Position numbers and translations under genes: made by a program. The notes below the pieces were generated by a model. It worked only from the letters and a program-made list of their open reading frames with translations, searched no databases and had not been told where the DNA came from. This document shows, one piece after another, positions 26,061-39,543 of a DNA stretch of 64,000 nucleotides; position 1 is the stretch's first letter, and each line of letters starts with the position of its first letter. Origin of the DNA: Vicugna vicugna (taxonomy: Eukaryota); the NCBI GenBank assembly GCA_013265495.1, contig MU058769.1, positions 458,477-522,476 on the forward strand. The letters run 5' to 3'.

Positions 26061-27602
26061 ACACACATACAGAAAAAAATCCCCTTAGGAGTCAATACAG
26101 TGGGGACAAAACATCCATAGGGTTAAAATGACAGGTTGAAAACAAAACAAAACTGTCTAGGTGCTCAGGATGGCAAGCCAATTCTTACACTCTCAGACAC
26201 TGGAGTTAGGAGAAAAAGAAAAAGCATTAGTGGTTACTGAGCATGATTATGAACCTGCTGCTTTATGCACTTCAACTCACACCCACCAAGAGTAGTGGAA
26301 GAATGTGCCCAAAGTCACACCACTACTAAATGACAGAAGCAGGCCCAAACTCTAGTGCTGATGCTAAAATCTGCATTCTTTCTATGACTTTGATTATTGT
26401 TTCTATTCATTATTTTAATACTCACAAAACTCTTTGTTAGGGCATTTTCTCAGATGAAGAAACCAAAGCTCAGAGGAATTAAGTAACTCTCCTAAGTTAA
26501 TACAAGGCTGACCCCAAAGCCAGAGTTCTACGTGTCCCAAGGTAGATATTTAGGAGAGTTCTGGGACGTGAAATACGGGATGGGAGGGGTGCCTAGATCC
26601 GAGGCTTCTCTTCAGAGAGTGTCAGCGGGAGATATATTTTGGGGACCAAAAATTAGGCTTGTAAACTCTCCCATTTTTCCCTTAATCTGGGTCACCCCTC
26701 ATGACTTTAGATTTTTTATAGTTCATATAGAGTATCTTATTTGGTCTTCTCAAGGTATAAAATACCTCCATTTTACAAATAAAATCCATTATTCAGCACC
26801 ATACAGTCTGTACAGGGAGCCAGATTCAAACCCAGGTATTCTTGATCCCCAAATCCCATGTTCTTTCCACTATAGTGCCCAAAACAGGACAGAAAACAAA
26901 AACTTTATGATAACTGCATGCCTGAAAAAGTAAATGAGTCAACTAATTGCCCTTGGGAGAAGAACAGGAAAGAAGGCCCTACGAGTTGTGAGAGATATGG
27001 GTCCAACACTCTCTTCTCTTCAAGAGAGAAAGCAGAATATGGAGGAAATGGAGTGTAAAGTACTTATGTAACATTTAAAGCTATAGTTATGTGATGGTCA
27101 CCAAGTCCTTGAAGGATTTCAGAAGTCAACTGTCATAGGTTTCACTAGCACTAGGCCAAGAAAAATAACAACAATAATAATAATTGTGCCAATTTTCTAA
27201 ATCAGAGAAGCATGAGAAAATCATTCTGCTCTATAAATGCAAGCAAAAGAATTCACTGGTGTGTAAGGAAGGCCACAGGAGTTGGCTGACGTCCAGAGCA
27301 ATTCCTTGGGCAAAGTAAAGAGAGAAACAAAATTAAAATGTTCTGGATGTGTGCCCTCTTTCTTTGCTCAGTATCTCTTATGGCTGTACTTGTCCTGAAA
27401 TAAGGACTACAGGTGCTTTGATCAATGGACTGAAGTGTCAGCTGGGCTTCATTACAGTTTCTATCAGTTTCTCTACATTCTAGGCCAAAAATACCCATTT
27501 TACTTCCTTGAGCGAAACAGAACAAATCAAATTTCCTTCTCTTTCAAATGAAGGGCAGCAGTGCTCAAACAACGAGCACCTCTGCTGCTTGCATTTCTTT
27601 AG

Positions 27603-27660
27603 CTTTATCATAGTAATGCCACTTTATCATAGTAATGCCACTTTATCATAGTAATGCCAC
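27603..27660 (+). repeat. Perfect tandem repeat, 3 x 19 bp (ctttatcatagtaatgcca)
   Basis: Three identical copies read directly. Confidence 0.98.
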
Positions 27661-28039
27661 GAGGAAGTATCACAGAATCTTAGGGATGGAAAGGACCTTA
27701 AAAGTTCACACCGCCTTTTCCCACGCCCTGGCAAAATTGCTCCCTACTCAACCCAGACAAGACATTCTGGGAAACTGCTTTTAAAAATCACAATTCCCCT
27801 ACTGTTTATGGCATTTCAAGATGCTTTCTATTGTAACTTAAATGCCATACGGCTAAGCCTTTATTGGAGGCCTCACCTGTTTTGGGGGGAGGAAATCTAA
27901 GCCAACAATTTAGTATTAAAAGAAATCTTTCAAAATCTAAAACTGAATGTGAGTCTGGCCAGAGAAGTAAGATAAGAACAATCTAATTTCATATGAAGGA
28001 ACTGGAAACCTTTATGAATCATTATTCCTTAAGCCTCTA

Positions 28040-28900
28040 TTGCAAAGGAGAGCCTGCTATTTATTCCCCAATATCCAGTCACCTCTTCCTCAGCACAACT
28101 CTTGATTTTTAGCTGGGCACATGGCTGCCTGTGAGAAAGCTACACACATCTGAACCTTCACTGTAGCTAAAAATGAGTATGTGACTAGGTTCTAGCCCAT
28201 GGGAAGTGAAGAGAAGTAGTGTTATATGTTGAACTGTGTCCCCTCAAAATTCAAATGTTGAAGCCCTAAGCCTCACCACCTAGAACTTCAGAATGTGAGT
28301 ATATTTGGAGACAGCACCTTTAAAGAGGTGATTCAATTAAAACGAGGCCTAATCTGACTGATACCTTTATAAGACAAGCAAACTGAGACACACAAAGATA
28401 CACCAGAGATATGTGGGCACACAGATGAGACCACGTGAGGACACAGTGAAAACAAGGGCATTAGGAAATCCAGGGGAGAGGCTTTGGGAAAAATACAGCC
28501 TGCTGACATCTTGATCTTGGAACTTCTAGCCTCCAGAACTGTGAGAAAATAAATTTCTGTTGTTTATGCCACCCAGTTTGTGGTGTTTTATTACAGCAAT
28601 CCTAGGAAACTAATACAAGTAGTAAATACAACTTCTATGAAGTAACCTTGCAGGAAGTGGATGGCCCTTCTCTACTTATCCCTAATTCTTGCTGCCATGA
28701 ATGTAGAAGTAAAGGCTGGCACTTTAGCAACCATCTGGTTCTGTGAGATGATACTAGGATTGAAAACCATAGACAGTGGGGCAACAAGAAACCTGGGTCA
28801 TTGACTAGACCTGCCCTGGACTGGACTGGCTACCTCTGGATTTCCTGAATGTGAGAGAAAAATACACTTCTATCTTGTTTAAGACACTATTTAAATTTTG
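28040..28900 (+). mobile_element. LTR16-like ERVL LTR, interrupted by MLT1
   Basis: gatttttagctgggcacatggctgcc...tgtgagagaaaaatacacttctatcttgtttaag motifs. Confidence 0.75.
28220..28617 (+). mobile_element. MLT1 (MaLR) solo LTR with 5-bp TSD agtag
   Basis: TG...CA termini, ccagaactgtgagaaaataaatttctgttgttt motif, TSD at 28215-28219 and 28618-28622. Confidence 0.93.
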
Positions 28901-30089
28901 CTGTATATATATATTAAAAGCACATAGATGCACTCTAAATAATAATAATAATGGTGGGAACAGTCCTCAGCTCCTATAAGCAAGGAATCCAGTAGCAACA
29001 ATCTGGAGTTTGTATATATTTGGGAGTGAAGAGGTAAAATAAGGGAAAGTTGGTACTTTTATGGAGGATATACAAGCATCACCCTTGTGCCCTAATGCTA
29101 CCTCTGCTGCAAGGAAAAGGCTGAGCATTACTGAAGGATGGGCTATATCATCAAAACAAAGAACATTCCATCTCCAGAGTGTAAGAGGCAGCAAGCATGT
29201 TACAGTGGATAAGTTTATGGACTTTGTAGTTTGACAAGAATTTGGTTATAAGACTAATGTTTCCACAACTTATTCATCATGTAACTAAGCCTTGGCCTCC
29301 TCAGCTGTAAGATTAGACATGATACACATCTGACAGGGTCACTGGAAAATCACGAGATAACAAATGTAATGTGCCTGCACACAGCAGATGCTCAAGTAAA
29401 CATTAGTTCCTCCTAATCCTATTCCACAGTAAGAAGGGAAAGATAGTCGGAGACCCCTTTTCTAGGCTGTTCAGTATTGTTAGTATCTTAGACAAGACAG
29501 AAGTGTATTTTTCTCTCATGTTCAGAAAATCAGCACTGTTTTTCTCTTACAAACAAACACATTTCCACTCAGAATTGGCATCCTGGGTACACCCCTTTCC
29601 CAATCAGTACTGAACCCACATTACTCTGTGCAAGTGAGATTCTTGCCTATTTTAATGAGAATCAGACAATAAAAGATTGCAAGAAAAAAAAAAGATAAGA
29701 ATTCTATTTACCCCTTCAGTACTTGAGTTCCTATTTTTCTTGGTATTTTGGTATTTTAAGAAATGCTTTTAAAAAGTCAATTTAGGTAAATGCTTCTTTC
29801 AAAAGGAAGAAGTCCAATGTTTGATACAGCTCTAAGCATAGGCCTAAGGCAAGAGAGAAATCACTGAAGAGTGGTTGGTTCCTTCAGACACATTAGCCAT
29901 GATGACTGGTCAGGTGTTTAAAGACCACACAGTGTTTGATGGCTCAGATCCCAAGGAGGCCTCACTTCTAGAATGTTTATCATTGATCACTTTATTGTGT
30001 ACACAGAGCTAGACACTTTACAAGTAGATATTATCATTCTCCTTTTATAGAAGAGTAAACTGAAGACCAAAATGATCAGGGAGCAAATC

Positions 30090-30700
30090 CTGTTTACTCT
30101 AATTTGAAAATATAACCAAAATCTGATGACTCCCTACACTTCCACTGCTACTACCCTGGTCTAAGCCGCCATCTCTCTTGTCTGATAGCCTTCTAACTGG
30201 TCTCTTGCTTCCAATCTTGCTTCCCTTAAGTATTTTCTAAACATAGCAGGCAGAGTAGTTGTGTAAAAACATTTTCAGATCATGTTATGCCTTTGCTCAA
30301 AACGCTTCAATGGTTCTCCACCTCACTCAGAGCAAAAGCTAAAGTTCTTAAAATGACTTATATGACCTTAAATAATCTGACAAGTTTGCCTTCTGACCCC
30401 ATCTCTCTCTCTCTCTTCTCTCTCTCTCTACTTATTTTTTTTTACCCCATCTCTTACTATTTCCCCAGTGTATGCAGTTCCAATCACACTGGCTCCTCCT
30501 ATGCCCTAAAACCACTTTAGGGTAATTGCTTTTACTGTTCCTTCCTTCTGCCTCGAATGGTCTTCTCCCAGATAACAGCATGGCTTGTTTGCTCAGTCTT
30601 TTCAGGTCTTTATCCAGAGATGGTATCTGAATAAAGACCTGAAAAAATTGACCATCTCTGGGAGCCTCTTTCTGGTCACAATAACTAATATTACAAACCC
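30090..30700 (+). mobile_element. L2 LINE fragment
   Basis: ccactgctactaccctggtctaagcc...tcagatcatgttatgcctttgctcaaaacgcttcaatgg. Confidence 0.8.
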
Positions 30701-32422
30701 CCAAATACTTTCTATCCTATTTTTCTAAGGCATCCCTAACAAAAAGTTACTCAATCAGATACCAAACAGACTTTGCTCTTCTTTGCTTAACAGATAAACC
30801 TGAAGTTTGGTTTTATTCCTCTGAGACAGAAGGTGATGGTATAATGAGAAGCTCACATCTCACTCATAGAGACTCGAATAGTTCAAAGAAGGGGAACAAA
30901 CTCATGGACCTCTAGAGGTTTCTGTCAATCCTTCAAACCTGTAAACAGCCAAGCATGGAAACACTGGACAAGAAGAGAATAAGATCTACCATGATTTCTC
31001 AAGTATCCCTAACATAAAATGTAAGAAGAAAAACAAAACACTCTTGACTTTTTTCACTTACATGATCTAGAAGGGGAATTTTCTTTGTATGAATGAATCA
31101 TTCTCAGTCTCTAAAGCAATAAGGTACAGGAGAGATACATGTCATGATCTGCTATGACAAGGAACTAACACTGAGTTAAGTGAAATCTCCCAGATGTATG
31201 GCAATAAATATGAACAAGCTAGAGAAGTGAAGACAGAGAACTCAGAAGCTACTCCCAGCTAATCCTCTAAGTCCAGATCAAATGGTGTGCAAATATAACA
31301 CTGACAGGGACTACCATATTGAAGTGGAAGGGAAAGATGGAAAAACAAGGAAGGAAAAAGCAGCCAATGTCTGACTCAGCTCTAAAGCTACCAAAATAAG
31401 CAAGGCAGCTTCAGATATAAAGACAAATCTCCTCTGGTCTAGACAGCCAGAGTTTGACTTAGACTTGGCATAAGCCCAAATGACTGCAGCAGCAGCTCAA
31501 TTCAAACACAGGTGATAGGTATTTCCCACCATATCTTTTCCCAATCAAATCAAAGTAAGAAGATAATATATTATTACATTGTTTATATTAAACAACAAAT
31601 TTTCAAAGAGAAGAGAAAACTACCTTATACCATTCTTGAAATATTTTACTTCACAGCTCTATATACAGTTACAGTATTAATGTCATATATCACTGAGTAA
31701 ATGAATTCTGCAAGGTTAAATGATGATGTATTTATGTTCTAACTGCTCATTGGCCCCTGGGTCAGCCAATCTGATCCAAGACTCCATGGCAACAGGCTCT
31801 ATCACTAAGAGCTACAAGATGAGATTCCCCTTGCCTTCTCTCCTCCTCCTTCTCTCTCTCTCTTCTTAAATAAAGCATTTTCCACAGAAACTGCTGCAAA
31901 TACTGTCAAAGAATAATCTCTTCAGACAAATAAGAAATGCTGCCATTCTGATATACTAAAGATGAATATTGGGGGAGGGGGGAGTGAAGAGCAATGACAA
32001 TGAATCCATGCAAATAACAAGGGATCCCCAAAACTCCAGAGAACTTCCCTTATTTAATTTCAAAGGAGAAATTCAGGAATTCTTGAACTGTGAAAAAGTA
32101 TCACTAGGATAAATTGTGGGATTAATGTAAGGAAAATGCTGCCCATATGAAATTCCAACACTGAAGCTTCCCATGCCACAATATACAGAGAAAGCTAAAC
32201 ATTTTAAGACTGCTAACCTTTGTAAATTTCCCATAACTTTCTTTGAAATGTTGACATGATAATCAAAACTCGCAGACCTCAGACTCTTATTCTCAATATT
32301 CTCAAACCAGTCAGCTCATACAGTTCCTGTAATTCTATGATGTCTGTCCTCTTTTCTACACTCCTCTCCCCCACCACCCTCCACTATGCTTAGAGAAAAA
32401 ATTGCTATGTCTAAAGGAAATA

Positions 32423-33221
32423 CAGCAGTTCCCCCCACCCCCTTTTTGCTTTTCATGGTTTCACTTACCCATGGTCAACTGTGGTTCAAAAATATTAAAT
32501 GGAAATTTCCAGAAATAAGCAATACTTAAGTCTCAAATTGCACGCTATTATGAATAGCATAATAAAATCTCGTGCCATTCTACTCAGTCCCACCTAGGAA
32601 AGGCATCATCCTTCTGTCCACCGTATCTTGCCTGTTAATTACTTTGTAGCTTCTGGTTAACAGATATTGAAAGTGCTTGTGTTCAAGTAAGCCTTATTTT
32701 GCTTTAAAATGGGCCCAAAGTGCAAGTAGTGATGCTGGCCAATATGGATATGCCAAAGAGAAGCCGTAAAGTCTTCCTTTAAGTAAAAAGGTGAAAGAAA
32801 GTTCTCAACTTAATAAGGAAAGGGAAAAAAATCATATGCTAAGGTTGTTAAGAATGAATCTTCTGTGAAATTGTGAAGGAAAAAGAAATCTGTCCTAATT
32901 TTGCTGTTGCACCTTACAATTAAAAAGTTATAGCCACTATGCATAAGTGCTTAGTTGAGAGAAAAAAAGGCTTTAAATTTGTACAAGAAGATATTTTTAG
33001 AGAGACCATATTCACAAAACTTTTATTACAATATTCTAATTGTTCTATTTTAATATCAGTTATTGCTGTCAATCTCTTAATGTGCCCAATTTATAAGTTA
33101 AGCTTTATCATAGGTATGTATGCGTAAGAAAAAGTATAGTACAGGGTTTGGTACTATCCAGGTTGCAGTAGATACTGGGGGGTCTTGGAACATATCCCCT
33201 GTGGATAAGGGGCAACTACTG
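32423..33221 (+). mobile_element. MER44/Tigger7-derived non-autonomous DNA transposon
   Basis: TA TSD on both sides, TIR-like ends cagcagttcccc / ggggcaactactg, MER44-type aaaatattaaatggaaatttccagaaata. Confidence 0.88.
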
Positions 33222-36069
33222 TAATACATTGGCTCATCACATTCCACATGCCCATTCCTTCCCCTTCAGCTGTAGATCTCCTTGAAGCAAAGAGGAAACA
33301 AGATAATTAAAAAGTAGATAAGGAGACTACACCAAAAAAACCCGTCCTTCTCCCCAGTGGTGCTCATTAGCATTCTAAAATCCACCTGATGTGTTACAAG
33401 GTAGTCTCCTTTCCTCACATGCTTTTTGCCAATAACTGATGAGTATCTCTGGCTGCAACAAGCAACTTTGGTCCCCATCTTCTGGCACATAGTGGTAAGT
33501 GAATACTAAGCAGTAGACATAATCTGAGATATCAGGGTCAAAATTAGCTTGGAAGCTGTACATTTTCATCTGGATCACATTATTGTGCTGTTTTGTTTTA
33601 ACAGTAGTAAACACATAAAAATTACCACTTCGATAATTTTTAGGTGTCTATTTCAATAGTATTAAGTATATATTATTGTGCATTATAGAAGAAAAAATGG
33701 TCTTAGGCACAAAAGTCATGGTATTAAGAGACTATAGTCATTTCTTCTATGACTATTTACTAAACATGTATTTATTGTACAAGTCACATACTAAGAACTA
33801 CAGTGATTATAAAGAATAAACAGGAATATCTGATATTACTGCCCAGTAAAAACAGCTACTGACATGTGTATTTCCAGTATGTTTCTCACACGCTGAAAGT
33901 AGTTTCTTGTATGCACATCTCGGTTCCCAAGTAAGTCCAAAGTAGGTGGACGTCTACATCTCGCACCAAGTTCCAAGGAGCTCATAAGGGCAGACTAATA
34001 TGAGAAGTAATAAACAGAAGTCCAGAAATTCCTAGAACAGAGAAAACCTCTTCTGTTTCAAATTTTCTAAGAATTCTTAAGGAGAAAACCCAGAAAAGGG
34101 CGTAAAAGCGACTTGTAGCAGGACTCATAAATTACATCAAAGCTAAAAAAATTTGAAAAAGTCACTGCAAAGAAAACCACTACTGGGCCTCTCTCTACAC
34201 TGGTTTCCTGTACACCTTCATAAGAGAACAACAAAACATTTCACTCTGGCCCTACAACCTTTTGGTTTTTTTTTTAAATATGCTGGGCCAGTACATATAG
34301 AAGGACAACATCTTCACTGACCTCAGAAGGACAAGAAGTTGCATAAAGAGGATATTTTCTCAGTGATGTTGCCTCCCAGTATGGAAAGGACGCTAATCAT
34401 AGGAGGCGATCTTCCTCAGTATGCGGCAGTCATTTATTAAGCATTTACTGTACTCCCAACACTGTGTGTAGGAATTTACATGACATCATCTATCTTCACT
34501 TTAACACATTCTGAAATTTTACTTTCAGATACTAACAGTAAGGATTTTATTAGAAAAGTACTATATAGGCTTCTTTGTATTTATAGAAAACACATATAAG
34601 CAGAAAAGAAAAATCATTCATAATCTGTAACTCAGAGATAACTGAGATTAGTAACAGGAATGTTTTGAGATATGCTTTTCTAAACTTTGTTTCCATATTT
34701 GTATGGAATTTGTATCCATTTGGATATGTCTCCATATCTAGTAGTATTCATGTAATTTACATTATATAAAACATTTTATAACATGCTTTTTTCTATTACT
34801 AGAACTGTGACCGTCTCCCCCATTATCAATTACTTTTAACAAAGTTATGTTAATAGCTATGTAATATTCTACTACATACATACACCACAATTTAACCATT
34901 TCCCTCTTACTGGATATTTAGGAAGCTGTTAATTCTTTATAATAAAATAATTTTGTGATGAGTATCTTTATTCACATTTCTCATCAACTTCCTAAAATAA
35001 GTATGTTCAAGAGTTTTAGAGATAAAAATTTCCCCCTAGTTCACTCCAGTTAATAAAAGCAAGACCAGTCACACTATCTAATTAGTGTTTCTCAACTATT
35101 CCCCCAGCAACGTATAATTTCCACTTAGCGTATCCCATGGTAGTGCCTGGATTTTAAGGGCATTCACCTGGGCAGTGCTTGCTTTTTATTTTTCTTCAAT
35201 TCATGTCCTCCTTTTTAATAATATTAACTCTCCTTCCCTATGTATTCCACTGGAAAAGATATGTACCCTGTGCTTCTTAAAACTCACTGGCCTCAGAAAA
35301 TTAATAGGGAGGAAAGAATAAAACTTTATACAAGGGGGTATTTTCTTTGCTATTATTGTTACACACATTACCAGCTCTTACCAGTGCACTGTGGTAGTTT
35401 AGAGAGCAATCTTAAAGGGGAAGTCTCAAAAACCACAAAAGAGTAACACTCAAGTCTTTAATATGAAATTAAAAGGTAAAGGGTCATGGAGAAATTGGAT
35501 ATTTTCATATTTGTGACTTGGCACTTGGTTCATTAAAGATTCTAGATTTTTTTAAGCTAGTGAATTTAAGGAGTCTTGATACATAGGCCCTCATATTAAT
35601 CTTATACACTCACAAATATATGGAGGAAACACCACCACATCAATTCAGAGAAAAGTAGAGGATACGAAGTTTGAGGTAGACACCAAAGGCAAGTGTCCTA
35701 AAGTTCTTAAAGTAGATCAGAACCAATGGAAGAAAGTAAAAAGTAAAGCAAAACAAAACAAAACAAAAAAACCCAACCAACCATCACCTATAGAAGTCAA
35801 AAAATCAATGATGGCCAAAAAAAGAAAAACAGAGCAGTTAATCTGAGGGAAGGCGTTTGTAATTTGGTCTATAAGCATCAAATTAGAAAAGATACTTCCG
35901 AAGAGGATCAATAGTGTCAATTTTAAGCTTAAATATTTAGATAATACTTATATCCATTTTAAAAACTCAACAGCCTATATGATTTAAACATCTCTTTTAG
36001 CTTCCTCAAAAATTACAGGTGATCTGAAGATATAAATGGTATATTCCTGTTTAATTTCTAAATATTAAT

Positions 36070-36320
36070 AATAATGGCTAATGCTAAGTAAGCCTTTAAG
36101 ATGACCAGGAACAATTTTAAAAGCTTTACATGTATTAACTCTTTTAATCCTCAGAACAACCCTAGCAGGTGAATGCTATAATCATAATCATTTCATATAT
36201 TTTACATACAAGAAATAAAGAGGTTAAGTAATTTGTCCGAGGTCACAGAACCAGCAATTGGCATAGCTGGGATTTTTAACTCGGGCAGCCTAAATCCAGA
36301 GTCCAGGGATTTAGCTACTA
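36070..36320 (-). mobile_element. MIR SINE relic
   Basis: gaggttaagtaatttgtccgaggtcacagaacc reverse core. Confidence 0.8.
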
Positions 36321-37397
36321 TGTATACTTTCCCAAAAAAGAAGCTCCTAACAGGCTATATAACAGTGGGTGTGGGTGGGCTAGGAGAGGAGAATATTGGA
36401 GAGAAGTACTTATGGTAACTTTTAGGAACAGAAAAAGTCCCTATCAATTTTGCCAGAAAGCTCTTCCCACATATATCACATTTTTAATTATCCCAAATAA
36501 AGTGATGCTAAACACCTTTTGTAAAAAACATTTTTAATCTCTTCCTTCTCCTTAAAAAAAAAAAGTGAAAAAAGGAAGGATAAAAAGAAACAAATTTTAA
36601 TTCTCCAACATCTTTCAACAGCTTTTCTTTCCTTGACCTTTTCTAAAACCTTGATGGTTAGAAAACAAAGATTTAAAAAGAAGGTATTGTCAGTTGAAAT
36701 TAAAAGATCTCTTAGTAATTTTTCTATTGCTAATGAGTGAAACATTTAAGAAAGACTTTAGTTCTACCCAACCCACTCCCAAATGGAAGGAAAACCAAGT
36801 TAACAAAACCATCATCTTTTAACTTCACAGCAGTTTTCTTCCCCCTCAAAGGCTATTCCTGTCCTAGTTGCAGACGGGGGAACTGCTCCCAGTGACGTCA
36901 GAGCAGTCTCCCAGCAACAATTAATGAGGGTTGTCCACCACAGGGGTTTCCTGAAAAGCTAGCAAGAAATTACCCACATATTTGCTGCAATATCTAAATG
37001 CAAGGATGCAGTGGAATTTCTCTTAACCCTTACATCTCCAGTCTCTGGCAAGCTTCTAAATAGTTTATTCTTCCAGAATGCTCTTGGTTTACCCTAGGAT
37101 TGTCTTTCTTTTTCTTCCCCCAACTTCTTTCCAAATAAAACTAGAATTTTGTTAGTTTGAAATATTTATGGCTGTAATAAATATTAATAAAATTGAACTA
37201 CCATAAAGATAGGACTGCATAACGTAAGCTAAAAAGCAGATATTACTTTTTTCCCTTCACACACAGAACTTACAATAAATGAAAGCATAAAACAGAAAAG
37301 AATATCAGGATAGAAAATAAACCAGCAAGTTCTTAAAGGCACTTTTTGACATATGTGATCTAAACACATCCATGGACAAACTTAAAATATTCTTAGC

Positions 37398-37449
37398 TTC
37401 TGACACAACATTGTAAAATGACTATAACTCAATTAAAAAAATGTTAAAA
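37398..37449 (+). mobile_element. Extremely truncated L1 3' tip with TSD
   Basis: ctgacacaacattgtaaaatgactataactcaattaaaaaa flanked by aaaatattc(t/c)tag. Confidence 0.8.
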
Positions 37450-39137
37450 AAAATATTCCTAGGCTCTAGTCTACTGAATTTTTCACACTGGCCTCTGCAG
37501 GCAGCCCTCCAGAGATCAGTGTTATTAAAATGGAGTTGCATAAAAAGGAACTGGAAGCCCAAACACTTAATACAAAAAAAGGTAAGTTAGGTTCACAACT
37601 AAGAGTATAACAATTTCTTCCTAAAGCTTTGTTTTAGCTCCATACATTCAAAATGAGAGTTTTACTCTAACTACAGTGGCAGGAATTTTATATAACCACC
37701 TATTTTTGAAATCTGAGAAACAGCACCTGCTCTGTTTCTCAGGGCAGAAAATTTTTTAATTCCAAAACCCAACCTAGAATTACTCATGGATGCTAGGTTC
37801 CAGAAACTTGTTTATAAGCCCCCTTTTATCTCATATTTAGAAAAAGCAATTAAATAAAATTCATTAGCAGCAGGACATACAGGGTTAATTCAAGCAATCT
37901 GCTTCAGCAATCCTGACTTTGGCCTCAGCCTATTTTAAAAGGAAACAAATAAAATAGCATCCCTATCATTAACAACATCCCACTTTGGCTTCAGCTCTGT
38001 TCAGTGGTAGCCAGTTACCATCAAGGCATAGATGGGAGAACGCACCGCTTCAGATGGATTTTTCATCTTCCTTTTCTCTGCCTCCTCCCTCTTAGAAGAA
38101 AAAGACTGCAAACAAAATCACTACGTCACTGGAGGTAGAGGGAATCCCATCTCTGCACTCTTTAGAATCCAAGGCCACCAAACAAAAACAAACCAATTAT
38201 AGGAAACAAGCAAGCAATCCAAAATAAAAGGCAAGTAAACACGCAGGAAATTCTTAAGACAATCTCAACACATCAAAAGGCATGTTTCATGAAAAAGGTT
38301 GAACAAATTCCTCCTAAGATATGAATAATCAAAAAAGCTTCCTAGACACAGCAAAAGCGACATGTTTCTTATCACAGTTGAAGACTAGAGGACAGTTATG
38401 TAAAGACATAGGACAGAAAGACATATTCACCAACAGGGTGTGGACAGCTGTAGAATGACACAGTGAAGGATATTTATAGGGGATTCCCTGCTTCCTGCAA
38501 TGTGCGTCAACAGCATCACCAAAGAGAACAGAAATCACCACTATCCTCATAAGCTAAATCTGAATGAAGCATTGCTTGAAATAGGCACAGAAGAGGTAGA
38601 ATTTGACTACAGGAAAAGTTTTAGCAAACCTAATTTTTAATAATGTTTTAAAGATAAGAAACAAACAGAAATACCCACAAAAGCCTCACAAACTTAACAC
38701 CTGAAAATTATCTAATTTCCTAGTGTGTTTTATATAGTTACATTGGTATAAAAGACATCTATCTTTCTAGCTTCTTCCCTACCCAGTCTGTGGAGTTCAA
38801 GGACTTTTATATAAAGAAAGAAAATTATCCAAAACTCACCCCAGATGGATCTGCACTTAAACCAACAGCGAGCTCACACTATTAATGGAGACCTCATTGT
38901 AAGATTCTGTTCTGTCGGAATTTTGCCGGAAGAAATTCCTCCTGGGAAACCTGTGCCTCGTCCCCCCCACTGCCCCCAGTCCCCTCCCACCCCCTTCACC
39001 CTTGAATGAAACGCTACTGATCCTTGCGGCAGCGTCTCTAGCAAGCTAATTGCTCTGACAAGCAGCTCTGAAGCAGACCACGGCCCAGCTGTTGAGAGGG
39101 ATGTCACCTAGAGCTCTGCCAACAGTCACAGTTACAG

Positions 39138-39168
39138 GCGCGCGCGCACAAGCATGCAGACACACACA

Positions 39169-39202
<34 letters not shown>
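39138..39202 (+). repeat. (GC)5 followed by a ~(CA)21 microsatellite
   Basis: Read directly; alternating purine-pyrimidine. Confidence 0.97.
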
Positions 39203-39543
39203 GAGGCTGCAAGAGCACCCCTCCCACCTCTTCTTCTCACTCTCATTCAAGTACTTCAGTGAGATGCCTGCCTCCACACTGCTCTGAGGATAGTTTTTAA
39301 AGGCACAGCACCAGGTCCTTTCTGCTACATATGCTGAGAAGCCAAAATAGAGTTTTATCAGAGAAGAATAACAAATCGGGGATGAGTATTTAATTACAAG
39401 TTCCTTTTTAAATTTACTTTGCCTTTTTCTCACCTGCAAAATAACTGAGGCCAGAGAAGTGGTCTTTGCCTAAAAAGCCACTGGGCTGGACTTTGGAAAC
39501 TAAGGCCAAATCTAGTTACAGAGAATTTTCTTTCCAGCAAGCT

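Noticed and set aside
27556..27590. Bulged hairpin gcagcagtgctc...gagcacctctgctgc
   Set aside because: Two 6-bp stems only; too short for a pre-miRNA and compatible with chance.
27603..27660. CRISPR-like direct repeats
   Set aside because: Head-to-tail with no spacers, in eukaryotic DNA.
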